A stretch of DNA of 64,000 bases from an uncultured Chryseobacterium sp. GTDB lineage: Bacteria; Bacteroidota; Bacteroidia; Flavobacteriales_C; GCA-002722245. Position 1 is the stretch's first letter, and each line of letters starts with the position of its first letter. The stretch spans positions 7,653 through 71,652 of the forward strand of contig CAYORT010000012.1 of assembly GCA_964406465.1 (NCBI GenBank), in the 5' to 3' direction. This document shows, piece by piece, positions 46,629 to 56,107 of this stretch. The position numbers and the translations under genes are program-made. The notes under the pieces were generated by a model. The model was given only the letters and a program-made list of their open reading frames with translations, searched no databases and was not told the origin of the DNA.

Positions 46629-49048
46629 TCATTAATAAGAAACATATATTCTTTCTCTTTTTTCTATCGCCCATCTTGTCGTGGGCATTTAATGTTAAAG
46701 GTATTGTCACCACCAACGATAGCATAGCTGCACCTTTAGAAGGTGCTCAGGTGGTGGTGGAAGAGAATAGCAAGTCAACATTCACCAATGCGAAAGGTGA
46801 ATTTGTAATTCAAAATTTAAAGGCAGGAAAATATCATTTGGTGGCTATCTTCGACACCAAGGAGATGCAAACTATTCCCTTCGAAATTGTTGATCAGGAT
46901 GTGGAGGTGATTTTTAAAATGCGTCCCTTCGAACAGGTATTAAATACCATCACTATTGAAGGCAAAAGGGCTTTTAGCATAGGTAAACTGAAAGAGGTTG
47001 AAGGAACTTCTATTTACGCCGGAAAGAAAACAGAAACGATTGATGTAAACAATACTTCGGGGAACAAGGCTACCAACAATGCCCGACAAGTGTATGCTAA
47101 AATTGCGGGATTAAATATTTGGGAAAGTGATGGCGCTGGTATTCAGTTGAGCATAGGAGGTAGAGGTTTAAATCCAAACAGAGTTTCAAATTTCAATACA
47201 CGCCAAAATGGTTACGACATCAGCGCAGATGCTCTTGGATACCCAGAAAGTTATTATAGTCCGCCTACCGAAGCAGTAGATCGAATAGAAATAGTGCGCG
47301 GCGCAGCATCGCTTCAATATGGAACCCAGTTTGGTGGATTCTTAAATTTTAAATTAAAGAAAGGTCCCGAAAAACGCAAGTTCGAATTCGTCTCTCGTCA
47401 AACCTTGGGCTCATGGAATTTTATCAATTCATTCAACAGTATTGGTGGAACCATCGCCAAAGGTAAACTCAACTACTACGCATTTGTACAAAGAAAACAG
47501 GGCGATGGATGGAGACCTAATTCAGAGTTTTCTGTGAATTCTGCATACGCTGCATTAAACTACCAAATCAACAACCGATGGAACGTAGGAGTAGAGTATA
47601 CTTTTATGGATTATTTGGCGCATCAGCCTGGCGGATTAACAGATGCGATGTTTAAGCAAGATCCTACTCAATCTATAAGGGCACGAAATTGGTTTGGTGT
47701 AAATTGGAATCTTTTCGCTTTGCAAAGTAACTATGTTTTTACCGAACATTCGCGTTTGAATTTAAGAGCATTTGGTTTGATTGCAGGCCGCGATGCCCTG
47801 GGAATTTTAGATCAAATTACGCGTGCAGATGAAGGCGGCTATCGCAATTTACTTACCGACGATTTTAAGAATGTTGGTGCAGAGATTCGCTACTTGCAAT
47901 ACTACAAATTGGGTAAAAATAATTCGGTGTTTTTGGTAGGGGCAAGATATTATCGTGGACATACAGATAGAAAACAAGGACTTGGAGATAGCAGTTCTGC
48001 AGCGCATTTCAATTATTTAAATCCCAATCAACCCGAAAATTCTAAATACACTTTTCCTAGTCAGAACTTAGCTTTCTTCATCGAGAATATTTTTAAAGTA
48101 AACAGCAGTTTTTCCATAACTCCTGGTGTGCGCTACGAATTTATTGATACAAGAAGTGATGGGTATTATAATGTGGAGAATAAAAATTTGGCCGGACAAG
48201 TTATTTACAAAGCGCAGTTTACCGATGCGAGAGAGAGCAAGCGAGGTTTCTTTTTAGGTGGTATTGGTTTCAGTTATCAGCCTAAAACTTACTTTGAAGC
48301 CTACGCTAATATTTCACAGAATTATCGCTCCATCAACTTCAACGATATGAAGGTGGTGAATCCTAATTTTCAAGTCGACCCCAATTTAAAAGATGAAACA
48401 GGATACACCGCAGATGCAGGTTTGAGAGGTTCACTAAAAAATATATTGTATTACGATTTAACCTTTTTCTATTTGGGGTATAACAATAGAATAGGTTCGG
48501 TGATTCAAACCGACACCAATAATTTCACTGTTTATTTGCTAAGAACAAATGTATCTGATTCGCGAACTTTTGGAATGGAAAGTTTTGTGGAAGTTGATTT
48601 TTACAAATGGTTGGTAAAAGGAAATAAAGACATGAAGATTTCATTGTACAGCAATTTATCTTTGATGCAAGCCGAGTATTTAGGTTCTAAAGAAACTGCT
48701 TACAAAGGAAAGAAAGTAGAGCTGGTTCCATCTTGGATGTTTAAAAGCGGATTCAAATTCAAGTACAAGAATTTTGTTGCTTCTACTCAGTATTCTTACA
48801 CCGCCGAGCAGTTTACAGATGCTACCAATAGTAAATATACTGCCAATGCAGTGAACGGATTGATACCTTCTTATATGATCATGGATTTTAGTACTTCATA
48901 CACATACAAAAGATTTACCTTAGAAGGTAGCATCAATAATTTGTTGGATGCAAGATACTTTACTAGAAGGGCTGAAGGCTATCCTGGTCCGGGCATTATC
49001 CCTTCTGATGCCCGCAGCTTTTATCTTACTTTACAAGTTAAGTTGTAA
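46625..49048 (+). CDS. TonB-dependent receptor (FecA-like)
   Basis: Carboxypeptidase-regulatory-like N-terminus, plug IGGRGLNPNR...RIEIVRGAASLQYG, and C-terminal NNLLD..YF...Y.TLQVKL. Confidence 0.93.
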   Translation: MIINKKHIFFLFFLSPILSWAFNVKGIVTTNDSIAAPLEGAQVVVEENSKSTFTNAKGEFVIQNLKAGKYHLVAIFDTKEMQTIPFEIVDQDVEVIFKMRPFEQVLNTITIEGKRAFSIGKLKEVEGTSIYAGKKTETIDVNNTSGNKATNNARQVYAKIAGLNIWESDGAGIQLSIGGRGLNPNRVSNFNTRQNGYDISADALGYPESYYSPPTEAVDRIEIVRGAASLQYGTQFGGFLNFKLKKGPEKRKFEFVSRQTLGSWNFINSFNSIGGTIAKGKLNYYAFVQRKQGDGWRPNSEFSVNSAYAALNYQINNRWNVGVEYTFMDYLAHQPGGLTDAMFKQDPTQSIRARNWFGVNWNLFALQSNYVFTEHSRLNLRAFGLIAGRDALGILDQITRADEGGYRNLLTDDFKNVGAEIRYLQYYKLGKNNSVFLVGARYYRGHTDRKQGLGDSSSAAHFNYLNPNQPENSKYTFPSQNLAFFIENIFKVNSSFSITPGVRYEFIDTRSDGYYNVENKNLAGQVIYKAQFTDARESKRGFFLGGIGFSYQPKTYFEAYANISQNYRSINFNDMKVVNPNFQVDPNLKDETGYTADAGLRGSLKNILYYDLTFFYLGYNNRIGSVIQTDTNNFTVYLLRTNVSDSRTFGMESFVEVDFYKWLVKGNKDMKISLYSNLSLMQAEYLGSKETAYKGKKVELVPSWMFKSGFKFKYKNFVASTQYSYTAEQFTDATNSKYTANAVNGLIPSYMIMDFSTSYTYKRFTLEGSINNLLDARYFTRRAEGYPGPGIIPSDARSFYLTLQVKL

Positions 49049-49109
49049 TTTTTTTTTGCAGACTTGTAAGGAATTTAATTTTCTGCCGACTAACCTAAAA
49101 AAAGCTATT

Positions 49110-49619
49110 ATGAAATTAACTGTTGCTTTGTTATTGTCGCTTACCACCATCGTTGTGGCATGCAAAAAAGAATCGGTACAAGAAACTTCAAAAACTATGG
49201 TAGAACCTACACCATTATTTGAAGAAATAACCACCTTAAGTAATTATACATTTTACCAAGGAGATTCGAGTATAGTGCCCTCTTCACCGCAATCGGCGCA
49301 CAATGCATTTTTTAGGGTTCGATTTAACGCTATTGCTGCTGCCGCGCTGACTGATAATGGTAAGCTTCCGGTAAACGGTACATTTCCCGAAGGGTCTATC
49401 ATCGTTAAAGACTTGTACAATTCTCAAACAGGTAATGTGGTTTTGTATTCGGTGCTAAAAAAAGATAGCTCTAGTATGAACAGCACCAATGGTTGGCTTT
49501 GGGTAGAGTATGAAGCGAATGGAAACATGATTTATAAAATCACCAATAAAGGCAATGGTTGCGTTAGTTGTCACTCCACCAATCACAGAGATAATGTAAG
49601 GTTGTTTGATTTATTCTAA
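49110..49619 (+). CDS. Cytochrome P460-family c-type heme lipoprotein
   Basis: Lipobox IVVAC, FPEGSIIVKD, GWLWVEY and C-terminal CVSCH. Start set at ATG 49110. Confidence 0.8.
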   Translation: MKLTVALLLSLTTIVVACKKESVQETSKTMVEPTPLFEEITTLSNYTFYQGDSSIVPSSPQSAHNAFFRVRFNAIAAAALTDNGKLPVNGTFPEGSIIVKDLYNSQTGNVVLYSVLKKDSSSMNSTNGWLWVEYEANGNMIYKITNKGNGCVSCHSTNHRDNVRLFDLF

Positions 49620-49638
49620 ATGAATTTTGTCGTAAAAT

Positions 49639-50505
49639 TTATTTAGCATTCACCGGTTTAATACCGTTCAACACCCTTCTAATTTCATTTACTTCGCTCA
49701 TCAGCTTATACGTTTCGTAGCTGTTGCCCTCTTCAATATGTTTTTTAAACTGTTGAAGGTTGGCAATATAAGCATCGAGTGCTACGCTCAAATGTTTTTT
49801 GTTTTGCTCTAAAATAGGCGCCCACATGGCAGGAGAGCTTTTCGCCAAACGAACGGTTGATTCGAAACCAGAACCAGCCATATTGAAAATATTCTTTTCG
49901 TCTTTTTCTAAATCGAGAACTGTTTTACCCAATATAAAAGAGGTGATGTGAGAAAGATGAGAAACATAAGCGATGTGTCGGTCGTGCTCTTCGGCATCCA
50001 TATAGATGATGCGCATGTTCAATGTTTGATACATCTTTTCTACTGTTTCAACAGCCTTGGCATCGCTCAATTCTTTTTCGCAGATGATGGTGATTTTGGT
50101 GTCGAATAAATTGTCGATGGCTGCGCTCGGACCAGAATTTTCTGTACCAGCGATGGGGTGGGTGGCAACAAAATTTTTGCGGTTCGCATGTTCCTTCACT
50201 TCGGCACAAACTCCGCTTTTGGTTGAACCCATATCAATTAAAATTTGATTGGGTTTTACTTTATCTAAAATTGATTGAACAACTTTTCGTGATTTGTCAA
50301 CCGGAATAGCAACAACGATTAAATCGCTTTTTTCAATTAGAATATCAAGAGATACGAACTCATTGATGAAGCCAATCGACAATGCCTCTTCTCCATGTTC
50401 TGCGTTGATGTCGAAGCCATAAAAATAATCGGCAAATTTGCGATTGCGCAAAGATGTAGCGAGTGATCCGCCAATTAAACCTAAACCTACTATGCCTATT
50501 TTCAT
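49639..50505 (-). CDS. tyrA: Prephenate dehydrogenase
   Basis: GLGLIGGS, DMGSTK, HPIAGTE, HDRHIAYVSHLSH and RLAKSSP.MW. Confidence 0.95.
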   Translation of the reverse strand: MKIGIVGLGLIGGSLATSLRNRKFADYFYGFDINAEHGEEALSIGFINEFVSLDILIEKSDLIVVAIPVDKSRKVVQSILDKVKPNQILIDMGSTKSGVCAEVKEHANRKNFVATHPIAGTENSGPSAAIDNLFDTKITIICEKELSDAKAVETVEKMYQTLNMRIIYMDAEEHDRHIAYVSHLSHITSFILGKTVLDLEKDEKNIFNMAGSGFESTVRLAKSSPAMWAPILEQNKKHLSVALDAYIANLQQFKKHIEEGNSYETYKLMSEVNEIRRVLNGIKPVNAK

Positions 50506-50510
50506 ATCAA

Positions 50511-51671
50511 TTAATTTATCTTTTTAATTCTTTCCAATGCCTCTGCACATGATTCTTTTGTTCCGCATAAAGATGCTCTCACATATCTGCTTCCGTTAGT
50601 GCCGAAGATGAAGCCCGGAGTGATAAATACATCTGCCTTGAACAAAATTTCATCTACAAATTGCTCTACACTTTCTACCGAGTTAGGAACTTTTGCCCAT
50701 ACAAATAATCCAACTTGCTTAGGATTGTAAGTGCATTTTAATAAATCGAATATTTCACAAACCAATACGCGTCTTTCTCTATAAATGGCGTTCACTTCAT
50801 CGTGCCATTCTTTACCGCTTTTCAAGGCCTCAACAGCCGCTTTTTGCAAGCCCAAGAACATTCCCGAATCCATGTTGCTCTTCACTTTTAAGATGCTGTT
50901 GATATAGTCGCTTCCGCCGCAAACCCAACCAATTCTCCATCCTGCCATGTTGTGCGACTTACTCAAAGAGTTTAATTCTAAACAAACTTCCTTAGCGCCT
51001 TCTAGATTGAAAATAGAAGTAGGTTTTTCGTTTAATATTAAGCTGTATGGATTGTCGTTGATGATTAAAAACTCATTCTCTTTCGCCAATTTAATAAGCT
51101 CTTTCAGCGTGTTTTCATCGGCTTGCGCTCCCGTTGGCATGTTGGGATAATTGATCCAAATAACTTTCACCGATTTTAAATCCAAGGATTTTAAATGGTT
51201 GATATCAATAGCCCAATCTTTATTTTCATCGAGGTTGTAATATTGAATTTTTGCACCCACCAAATTGCTTACCGAAGTGTAGGTTGGGTAGCCCGGATTG
51301 GGCACCAATACCGTGTCTCCTTCGTTGATGAAAGCCATGCTAATATGCATAATGCCTTCTTTTGAGCCAATTAAAGGAAGTATTTCATTGTTGAAATTGA
51401 GGTCGACATTGTAGGTTCTTTTATACCAATCGGCAATGCCTTGGCGCAATTCGGGAATACCTACATAGCTTTGGTAACCATGACTTTTTTCATCTTTAGC
51501 TGTTTGATACAAAGCTTCAATGGTAGCTTTTGATGGAGGTAAATCGGGACTACCAATACCTAAGTTGATGATGTTTTTTCCTTCGGCGCGCAACTGAGCA
51601 ATTTGCTTCAATTTTTTAGAGAAGTAATATTCTTCAACGCTTCCTAGGCGATTTGCTTCTTTAATGATCAT
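50511..51671 (-). CDS. PLP-dependent class I/II aminotransferase
   Basis: LGIGSPD, GSKEGI, NYPNMPTG, DNPY and SLSKSHNMAGWR. Confidence 0.93.
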   Translation of the reverse strand: MIIKEANRLGSVEEYYFSKKLKQIAQLRAEGKNIINLGIGSPDLPPSKATIEALYQTAKDEKSHGYQSYVGIPELRQGIADWYKRTYNVDLNFNNEILPLIGSKEGIMHISMAFINEGDTVLVPNPGYPTYTSVSNLVGAKIQYYNLDENKDWAIDINHLKSLDLKSVKVIWINYPNMPTGAQADENTLKELIKLAKENEFLIINDNPYSLILNEKPTSIFNLEGAKEVCLELNSLSKSHNMAGWRIGWVCGGSDYINSILKVKSNMDSGMFLGLQKAAVEALKSGKEWHDEVNAIYRERRVLVCEIFDLLKCTYNPKQVGLFVWAKVPNSVESVEQFVDEILFKADVFITPGFIFGTNGSRYVRASLCGTKESCAEALERIKKIN

Positions 51672-52504
51672 GATAAATTGTTAAAGTCTTGTTTCTCGTA
51701 TTCACCCAAAATAATAATGTTGGTAGCAAAGGCGGTGATGGCCTGTAAGGCTGCTTTATAATTGTCTATTTTTTGCCAAGTTAAATCAACATGAAAAGTA
51801 TAGTGATGCAGTTTGCCTACCAATGGCATCGACTGAATTTTACTAAGATTTAAGTTGTGTTCGTGAAAGATATTGAGCACTTTGGCCAAGCTACCCGGCT
51901 CATCGGAAATTTGAAAGCAGATGGTGGCTTTGTTGTTTTTTGGATTGTTGGATGGCTTTTTTGAAAGCACCAAAAAACGAGTGTAATTTTCTTTGTTTGT
52001 TTCTATGTTTTCGGCCAAAATTTCTAATCCGAAAATTTGTGCTGCACGCTTGCTCGCAACGGCTGCAATACCAATTAAATGATTGTCGTGAATTTGTTTT
52101 GCCACCGCAGCAGTATCTTCTTTATCAACCAACAAAGCATTTTCAAATTGCATCAAATATTCGGCACATTGGCGCAAGGCCATTGGATGTGATTGTATTT
52201 GTTTTAAGTCTTCTTTTTTAGTGCCAGGCAATGCCATTAAACATTGTTCAATAGGTAAAGAAATTTCACCAATAACATGAAAACGATAATCAAGCATGAG
52301 TGAATAATTTTGCAAAATAGAACCCGCGATAGAATTTTCGATGGCCATCATAGCAAAATCTGCCTTGTCTTTTTTCAATGATTCAAACAATTCTTGAAAA
52401 GACATGCATTCAACAGGTTCGATATTTTCCCCAAAATATTTAAGTGCAGCTACCTCATGAAAAGAAGCGGTAATGCCTTGTATTGCAATTCTCAGTTTTG
52501 TCAT
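51668..52504 (-). CDS. pheA: Prephenate dehydratase
   Basis: IAIQG..SFH, IENSIAGS, SHPMALRQC, NYTRFL, and ACT domain NLSKIQSMP. Start set at ATG 52504. Confidence 0.93.
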   Translation of the reverse strand: MTKLRIAIQGITASFHEVAALKYFGENIEPVECMSFQELFESLKKDKADFAMMAIENSIAGSILQNYSLMLDYRFHVIGEISLPIEQCLMALPGTKKEDLKQIQSHPMALRQCAEYLMQFENALLVDKEDTAAVAKQIHDNHLIGIAAVASKRAAQIFGLEILAENIETNKENYTRFLVLSKKPSNNPKNNKATICFQISDEPGSLAKVLNIFHEHNLNLSKIQSMPLVGKLHHYTFHVDLTWQKIDNYKAALQAITAFATNIIILGEYEKQDFNNLS

Positions 52505-52508
52505 GTGG

Positions 52509-52516
52509 CAAAGATA
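52509..52516 (-). promoter_or_regulatory. -7 box for the pheA operon
   Basis: caaagata is TATCTTTG on the minus strand, ending 4 nt before the ATG. Confidence 0.65.
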
Positions 52517-52562
52517 GCAATTAGCTTGAAGCTTGAAAGACGCCCACTTAATCTTTAATGAC

Positions 52563-52595
52563 AAAAAAAAACCACCTGTTGATAGGTGGATTTTT
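52563..52595 (-). terminator. Intrinsic terminator of the CotH operon
   Basis: aaaaaaaa-ccacct-gttgat-aggtgg-attttt. Confidence 0.8.
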
Positions 52596-52603
52596 ATGTA
52601 ATG

Positions 52604-54640
52604 TTAGTATTTAATTACTTTGCTGAACTGGCTGGTTTGATTGCTGCTTGTAGTTTTAAGAATGTAAGTATTGGAACTTAGTTCTTGTAGGTTAATGCTA
52701 AAATTTACAGAATGAATATTGCTTTCACTTTTCACTAGTCGGCCCAAATCATCGAATAATTCATATTTTTCAATCACAAGCGTACTACTAATATTTACCG
52801 AAGAAGTGGTGGGGTTAGGATAAATGAAGGTATTGTTTTCAGTAAATATTTCTTCAGTGCTAACCGCATCGTTGGTGGCTGCCACCCAGCTTGAAGCAAG
52901 TGAATTATCGTAAGAAAGTCCTTTTAATTTTAAATGTGCCCCAACACCATTTGCAGCTGTTGGCCAAGGTGCAGTGCTTTCGTATTTAACGTAATCTACA
53001 ACGCTGCCATAGGCATCAGAAAGAATTAATTCTTCAGAGGTGTTTGATAAATTTCTACTGTATTCTCCAAAAGGAGTATAATTGTAAAATGCAGTAAAGG
53101 CAGCTGTATTGGATGTTAAATATATTTTTCCGTTAGCTGGAATGATTGAATTATTAGGGAAAGTGTAAGTTAAACCGAGCTTTCTAAAGTAGTAACCCGA
53201 AACATCAATTGGTGCATTGCTGTTGTTGGTGAGTTCAACAAATTCTAGCTGATTACTGGTGTAAGGAGCAGAAGGTAGTGGATTGTAATGAATTTTTGTA
53301 ATCACTAAGGGTTGCAAAGCAGGGTACGAGCATCCCGAACTGGTGATATTGGCGTTCATCCAAGTAATTCTGTTGCTTAGCCAATCTTTTAAATCGCTAA
53401 CATTATTATCTGGAGAACCTACTGATGACCATTTGGCGTCGTCTCTTAATTTGGCTTCAGATAAAACTGTCGATACACTATCTATAATGTGACTGATTTT
53501 AGCAAAGCTAAGTGCATTGTTGGTGGCATTTAGCTCTTGCCATCTTTTCACGAAATAACAGTGAAACGTTGGATTGTAGTACAAATCTTTCCAAAAGTTT
53601 GCTCCCACATTGTCACCATTGTCGAATTGAAAATCGTATGTGGTGCTTCTGTTTCCAAACATGTCGATACCGCAAGATAAGTTGAAATCCCAAACTGGTC
53701 CGGCTCTCAACTTTCCATTTCTATCCTTATGAAAAAAGGTACTAAACTGGTAGGCATCTACATTGGCCATCAATTCATTGATAATCATAAAGTCAATGAA
53801 GGAGGGCATGTCGATGATTGATGGAAATCCGTTGCTAACACTCGAATTATTGTTTGTTGCAGCTGTTTGTAGATTGGTGAATTGTGAGTGGATGTATTGG
53901 TCTTGATTGTTGGTGATTAGGCTGGGTTTCGGATTCTCATGCATGAAGTCGACATATTGGCTAGCGTGGTTGAGTACCGACCAAGCCGACATGTCGCCGC
54001 CAGTTGGTTTGTCGCATTTGGTAATGTAACCGCCGCTAAGAGCAGGAGAGGTGTTGTCGGCAGTAGTGAGTTCTGTAATGTTCACTCTATCGGTACCAAT
54101 TTTTATGCTTTCAGAAAAAAGATAAAGTCCTACATATTCATCATTAATAATTACTTCACAATATTGACCGCGGCATGCGTAATTACCAATGTTATTCGAT
54201 AAGGCATATGCCAAATAATCTCTGCTAAAAGTTGGGTCCCAAGCGAAACTATTTAATTTCCAGTCGTTGTCTTTAGGCATTCCTAATATTGAAACATTGT
54301 TGTTGCTAATGTTGTCGGCTTTGATGGTGCTAAGGCTGTAAGGTTTTTTGCTCAACCATTGAGAGGTAGATCCACGTACTTCTATTTTTATTCTTCCGGT
54401 ATAATTTAACAGCAGCGGATTGTTTTGGTCGCTCACATAATTTCTACTGCCATCAGGATGGTAAATGATTTTCATATCGGCACCAATCTTTGGGTCATCG
54501 GGAATATCTTGGTGGATGGTGGTGTTAGGATAGTAATCGGTACTAATAATAACGATAGGTAAATTACTGCTTGTAAATGTTTGTGCATGAATGGCGGTAC
54601 TTACTAAAAATAGTATAGCAATGAATAATAGTTTTTTCAT
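52604..54640 (-). CDS. CotH-family kinase with lamin-tail domain and T9SS type A C-terminal domain
   Basis: IEVRGSTS..KKPY, GMPKDNDW, YVGLY..SE.IK, AGPVWDFNL, EFVELTN and IYPNPT. Confidence 0.9.
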   Translation of the reverse strand: MKKLLFIAILFLVSTAIHAQTFTSSNLPIVIISTDYYPNTTIHQDIPDDPKIGADMKIIYHPDGSRNYVSDQNNPLLLNYTGRIKIEVRGSTSQWLSKKPYSLSTIKADNISNNNVSILGMPKDNDWKLNSFAWDPTFSRDYLAYALSNNIGNYACRGQYCEVIINDEYVGLYLFSESIKIGTDRVNITELTTADNTSPALSGGYITKCDKPTGGDMSAWSVLNHASQYVDFMHENPKPSLITNNQDQYIHSQFTNLQTAATNNNSSVSNGFPSIIDMPSFIDFMIINELMANVDAYQFSTFFHKDRNGKLRAGPVWDFNLSCGIDMFGNRSTTYDFQFDNGDNVGANFWKDLYYNPTFHCYFVKRWQELNATNNALSFAKISHIIDSVSTVLSEAKLRDDAKWSSVGSPDNNVSDLKDWLSNRITWMNANITSSGCSYPALQPLVITKIHYNPLPSAPYTSNQLEFVELTNNSNAPIDVSGYYFRKLGLTYTFPNNSIIPANGKIYLTSNTAAFTAFYNYTPFGEYSRNLSNTSEELILSDAYGSVVDYVKYESTAPWPTAANGVGAHLKLKGLSYDNSLASSWVAATNDAVSTEEIFTENNTFIYPNPTTSSVNISSTLVIEKYELFDDLGRLVKSESNIHSVNFSINLQELSSNTYILKTTSSNQTSQFSKVIKY

Positions 54641-54652
54641 AGTAAGTATAGT

Positions 54653-55321
54653 TTAATAGAAGGTGTGCGTGTAGCCCACCCCAATGACAAATTTTTGTGG
54701 CGGATTAACACTGTTGTAGTTGTTTTCATATAGAAAGTAAAATTCAAATTCTTGTACCTTATTTATTTCATAAAAAATGCCTGCGAAATATCTAGTTCGG
54801 TTAAATAAAAGAGCTTGTTTACCATTGAGTGGTAAATAGATTTCGGCAGCAACATAAGGCGAAATCCAAAGGCCACTATATTTAATCGTTACTTTATTTC
54901 TTTCTATAAAAGACGGTACATTTCCGTTTTCGTTGCTTAAGAAGTTGGTGTATTGCATTTGCAGCTGGTTGCGATAGGCTATTGAAAGATTGGTCCATTT
55001 CTTTTTAAAGGTTGCAGCAACATAATACCTGTGTCGAGCATCAGATTCTTCTCTGTTAAATCTTCTGTGTATATAAGCGTAATTTAAAGAAAGGGTGAAA
55101 TAATTATTTATTTTATAGGCAGCGCGAATGCTAGATTTAGCGTAGTATAGGGTAGAGGCGTTTTCATTAAACCGAATCTTTTCTGATAGTTCAATTTGAA
55201 AGCGACTGCTGATGTTCTTTTTAAGAGAAACACTTTGCCAAACTCCAAAATCATTGAACTGACCATGAACGACAAAACTCAGCAAAAGGAGTAAAAGTGA
55301 TATGTATTTTCTTTTACTCAT
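54653..55321 (-). CDS. DUF2490 outer-membrane beta-barrel
   Basis: Signal peptide, DFGVW, amphipathic strands and terminal GVGYTHTFY. Confidence 0.8.
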   Translation of the reverse strand: MSKRKYISLLLLLLSFVVHGQFNDFGVWQSVSLKKNISSRFQIELSEKIRFNENASTLYYAKSSIRAAYKINNYFTLSLNYAYIHRRFNREESDARHRYYVAATFKKKWTNLSIAYRNQLQMQYTNFLSNENGNVPSFIERNKVTIKYSGLWISPYVAAEIYLPLNGKQALLFNRTRYFAGIFYEINKVQEFEFYFLYENNYNSVNPPQKFVIGVGYTHTFY

Positions 55322-56107
55322 TTACTTGTTTTCGGCATCATCATTAATGATTCCAGGTACTAGCGTTTTAGAGTTGTTGTCTTCGAAATAGTAAATTTTT
55401 ATGACTGCAGAATCGCTTAAAAAATTGATTTTCTCGATACCTATTTTATGGATATTAAAACCAGTTTTTTCTCTTAGTTCGGCAATCAATTTTTCTTGAT
55501 TTTCTGGTTTAATCATCGAAATATTATCGTAAGTAATGAGTCTCGAAAATTCTTTTTTGCCAAATACATCGGCTTCTAATAAATAAACCAGCAATAAAAT
55601 AGCACCATTGATAAGCACCAATTCTAATGCGGCAAGTTTACTCACCGAAGAGATGAGTCCGATAGAAATCACCAAGAATAGGTAAGTCATGTCTTTTGCC
55701 GAAATGTTTTCTGTTCTGTAGCGCAGCATAGAAAACACAGCGAATAAACCAAAAGCGGCTCCCATACCCATGTCTACCTTGTTGAGGAAGTAGGTCATGA
55801 AGAATATGATGATGTTGAAAGCAAAAAAAGTAAGAAATAATTCTTTGCGGCGGTAGCTTCTATAATAAATAAGCAGAACCAAAACACATACAGAGATGGC
55901 GTCTATTGCAAATCTTACAAAAAACTTTGTCGACAATTTATCAAATTCAAATTTGAAAAATGAGTCATCGTCTTTTTTCTTTTTCTTTGATTTACTTTCG
56001 TCTTCTCTAGCGAATTCAATGTTTTCTTCGCTGTCTTGCGCGTGTATTACCGGACTCACACATGAGAATAAAACCAATAAAAGGAGTATTTTTAATTTAT
56101 AGTGCAT
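55322..56107 (-). CDS. DUF4956 membrane protein
   Basis: GAAFGLFAVFSMLRYRTE.I..KDMTYLF and YDNI.MIKPE...L..RTG..I. Confidence 0.9.
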   Translation of the reverse strand: MHYKLKILLLLVLFSCVSPVIHAQDSEENIEFAREDESKSKKKKKDDDSFFKFEFDKLSTKFFVRFAIDAISVCVLVLLIYYRSYRRKELFLTFFAFNIIIFFMTYFLNKVDMGMGAAFGLFAVFSMLRYRTENISAKDMTYLFLVISIGLISSVSKLAALELVLINGAILLLVYLLEADVFGKKEFSRLITYDNISMIKPENQEKLIAELREKTGFNIHKIGIEKINFLSDSAVIKIYYFEDNNSKTLVPGIINDDAENK

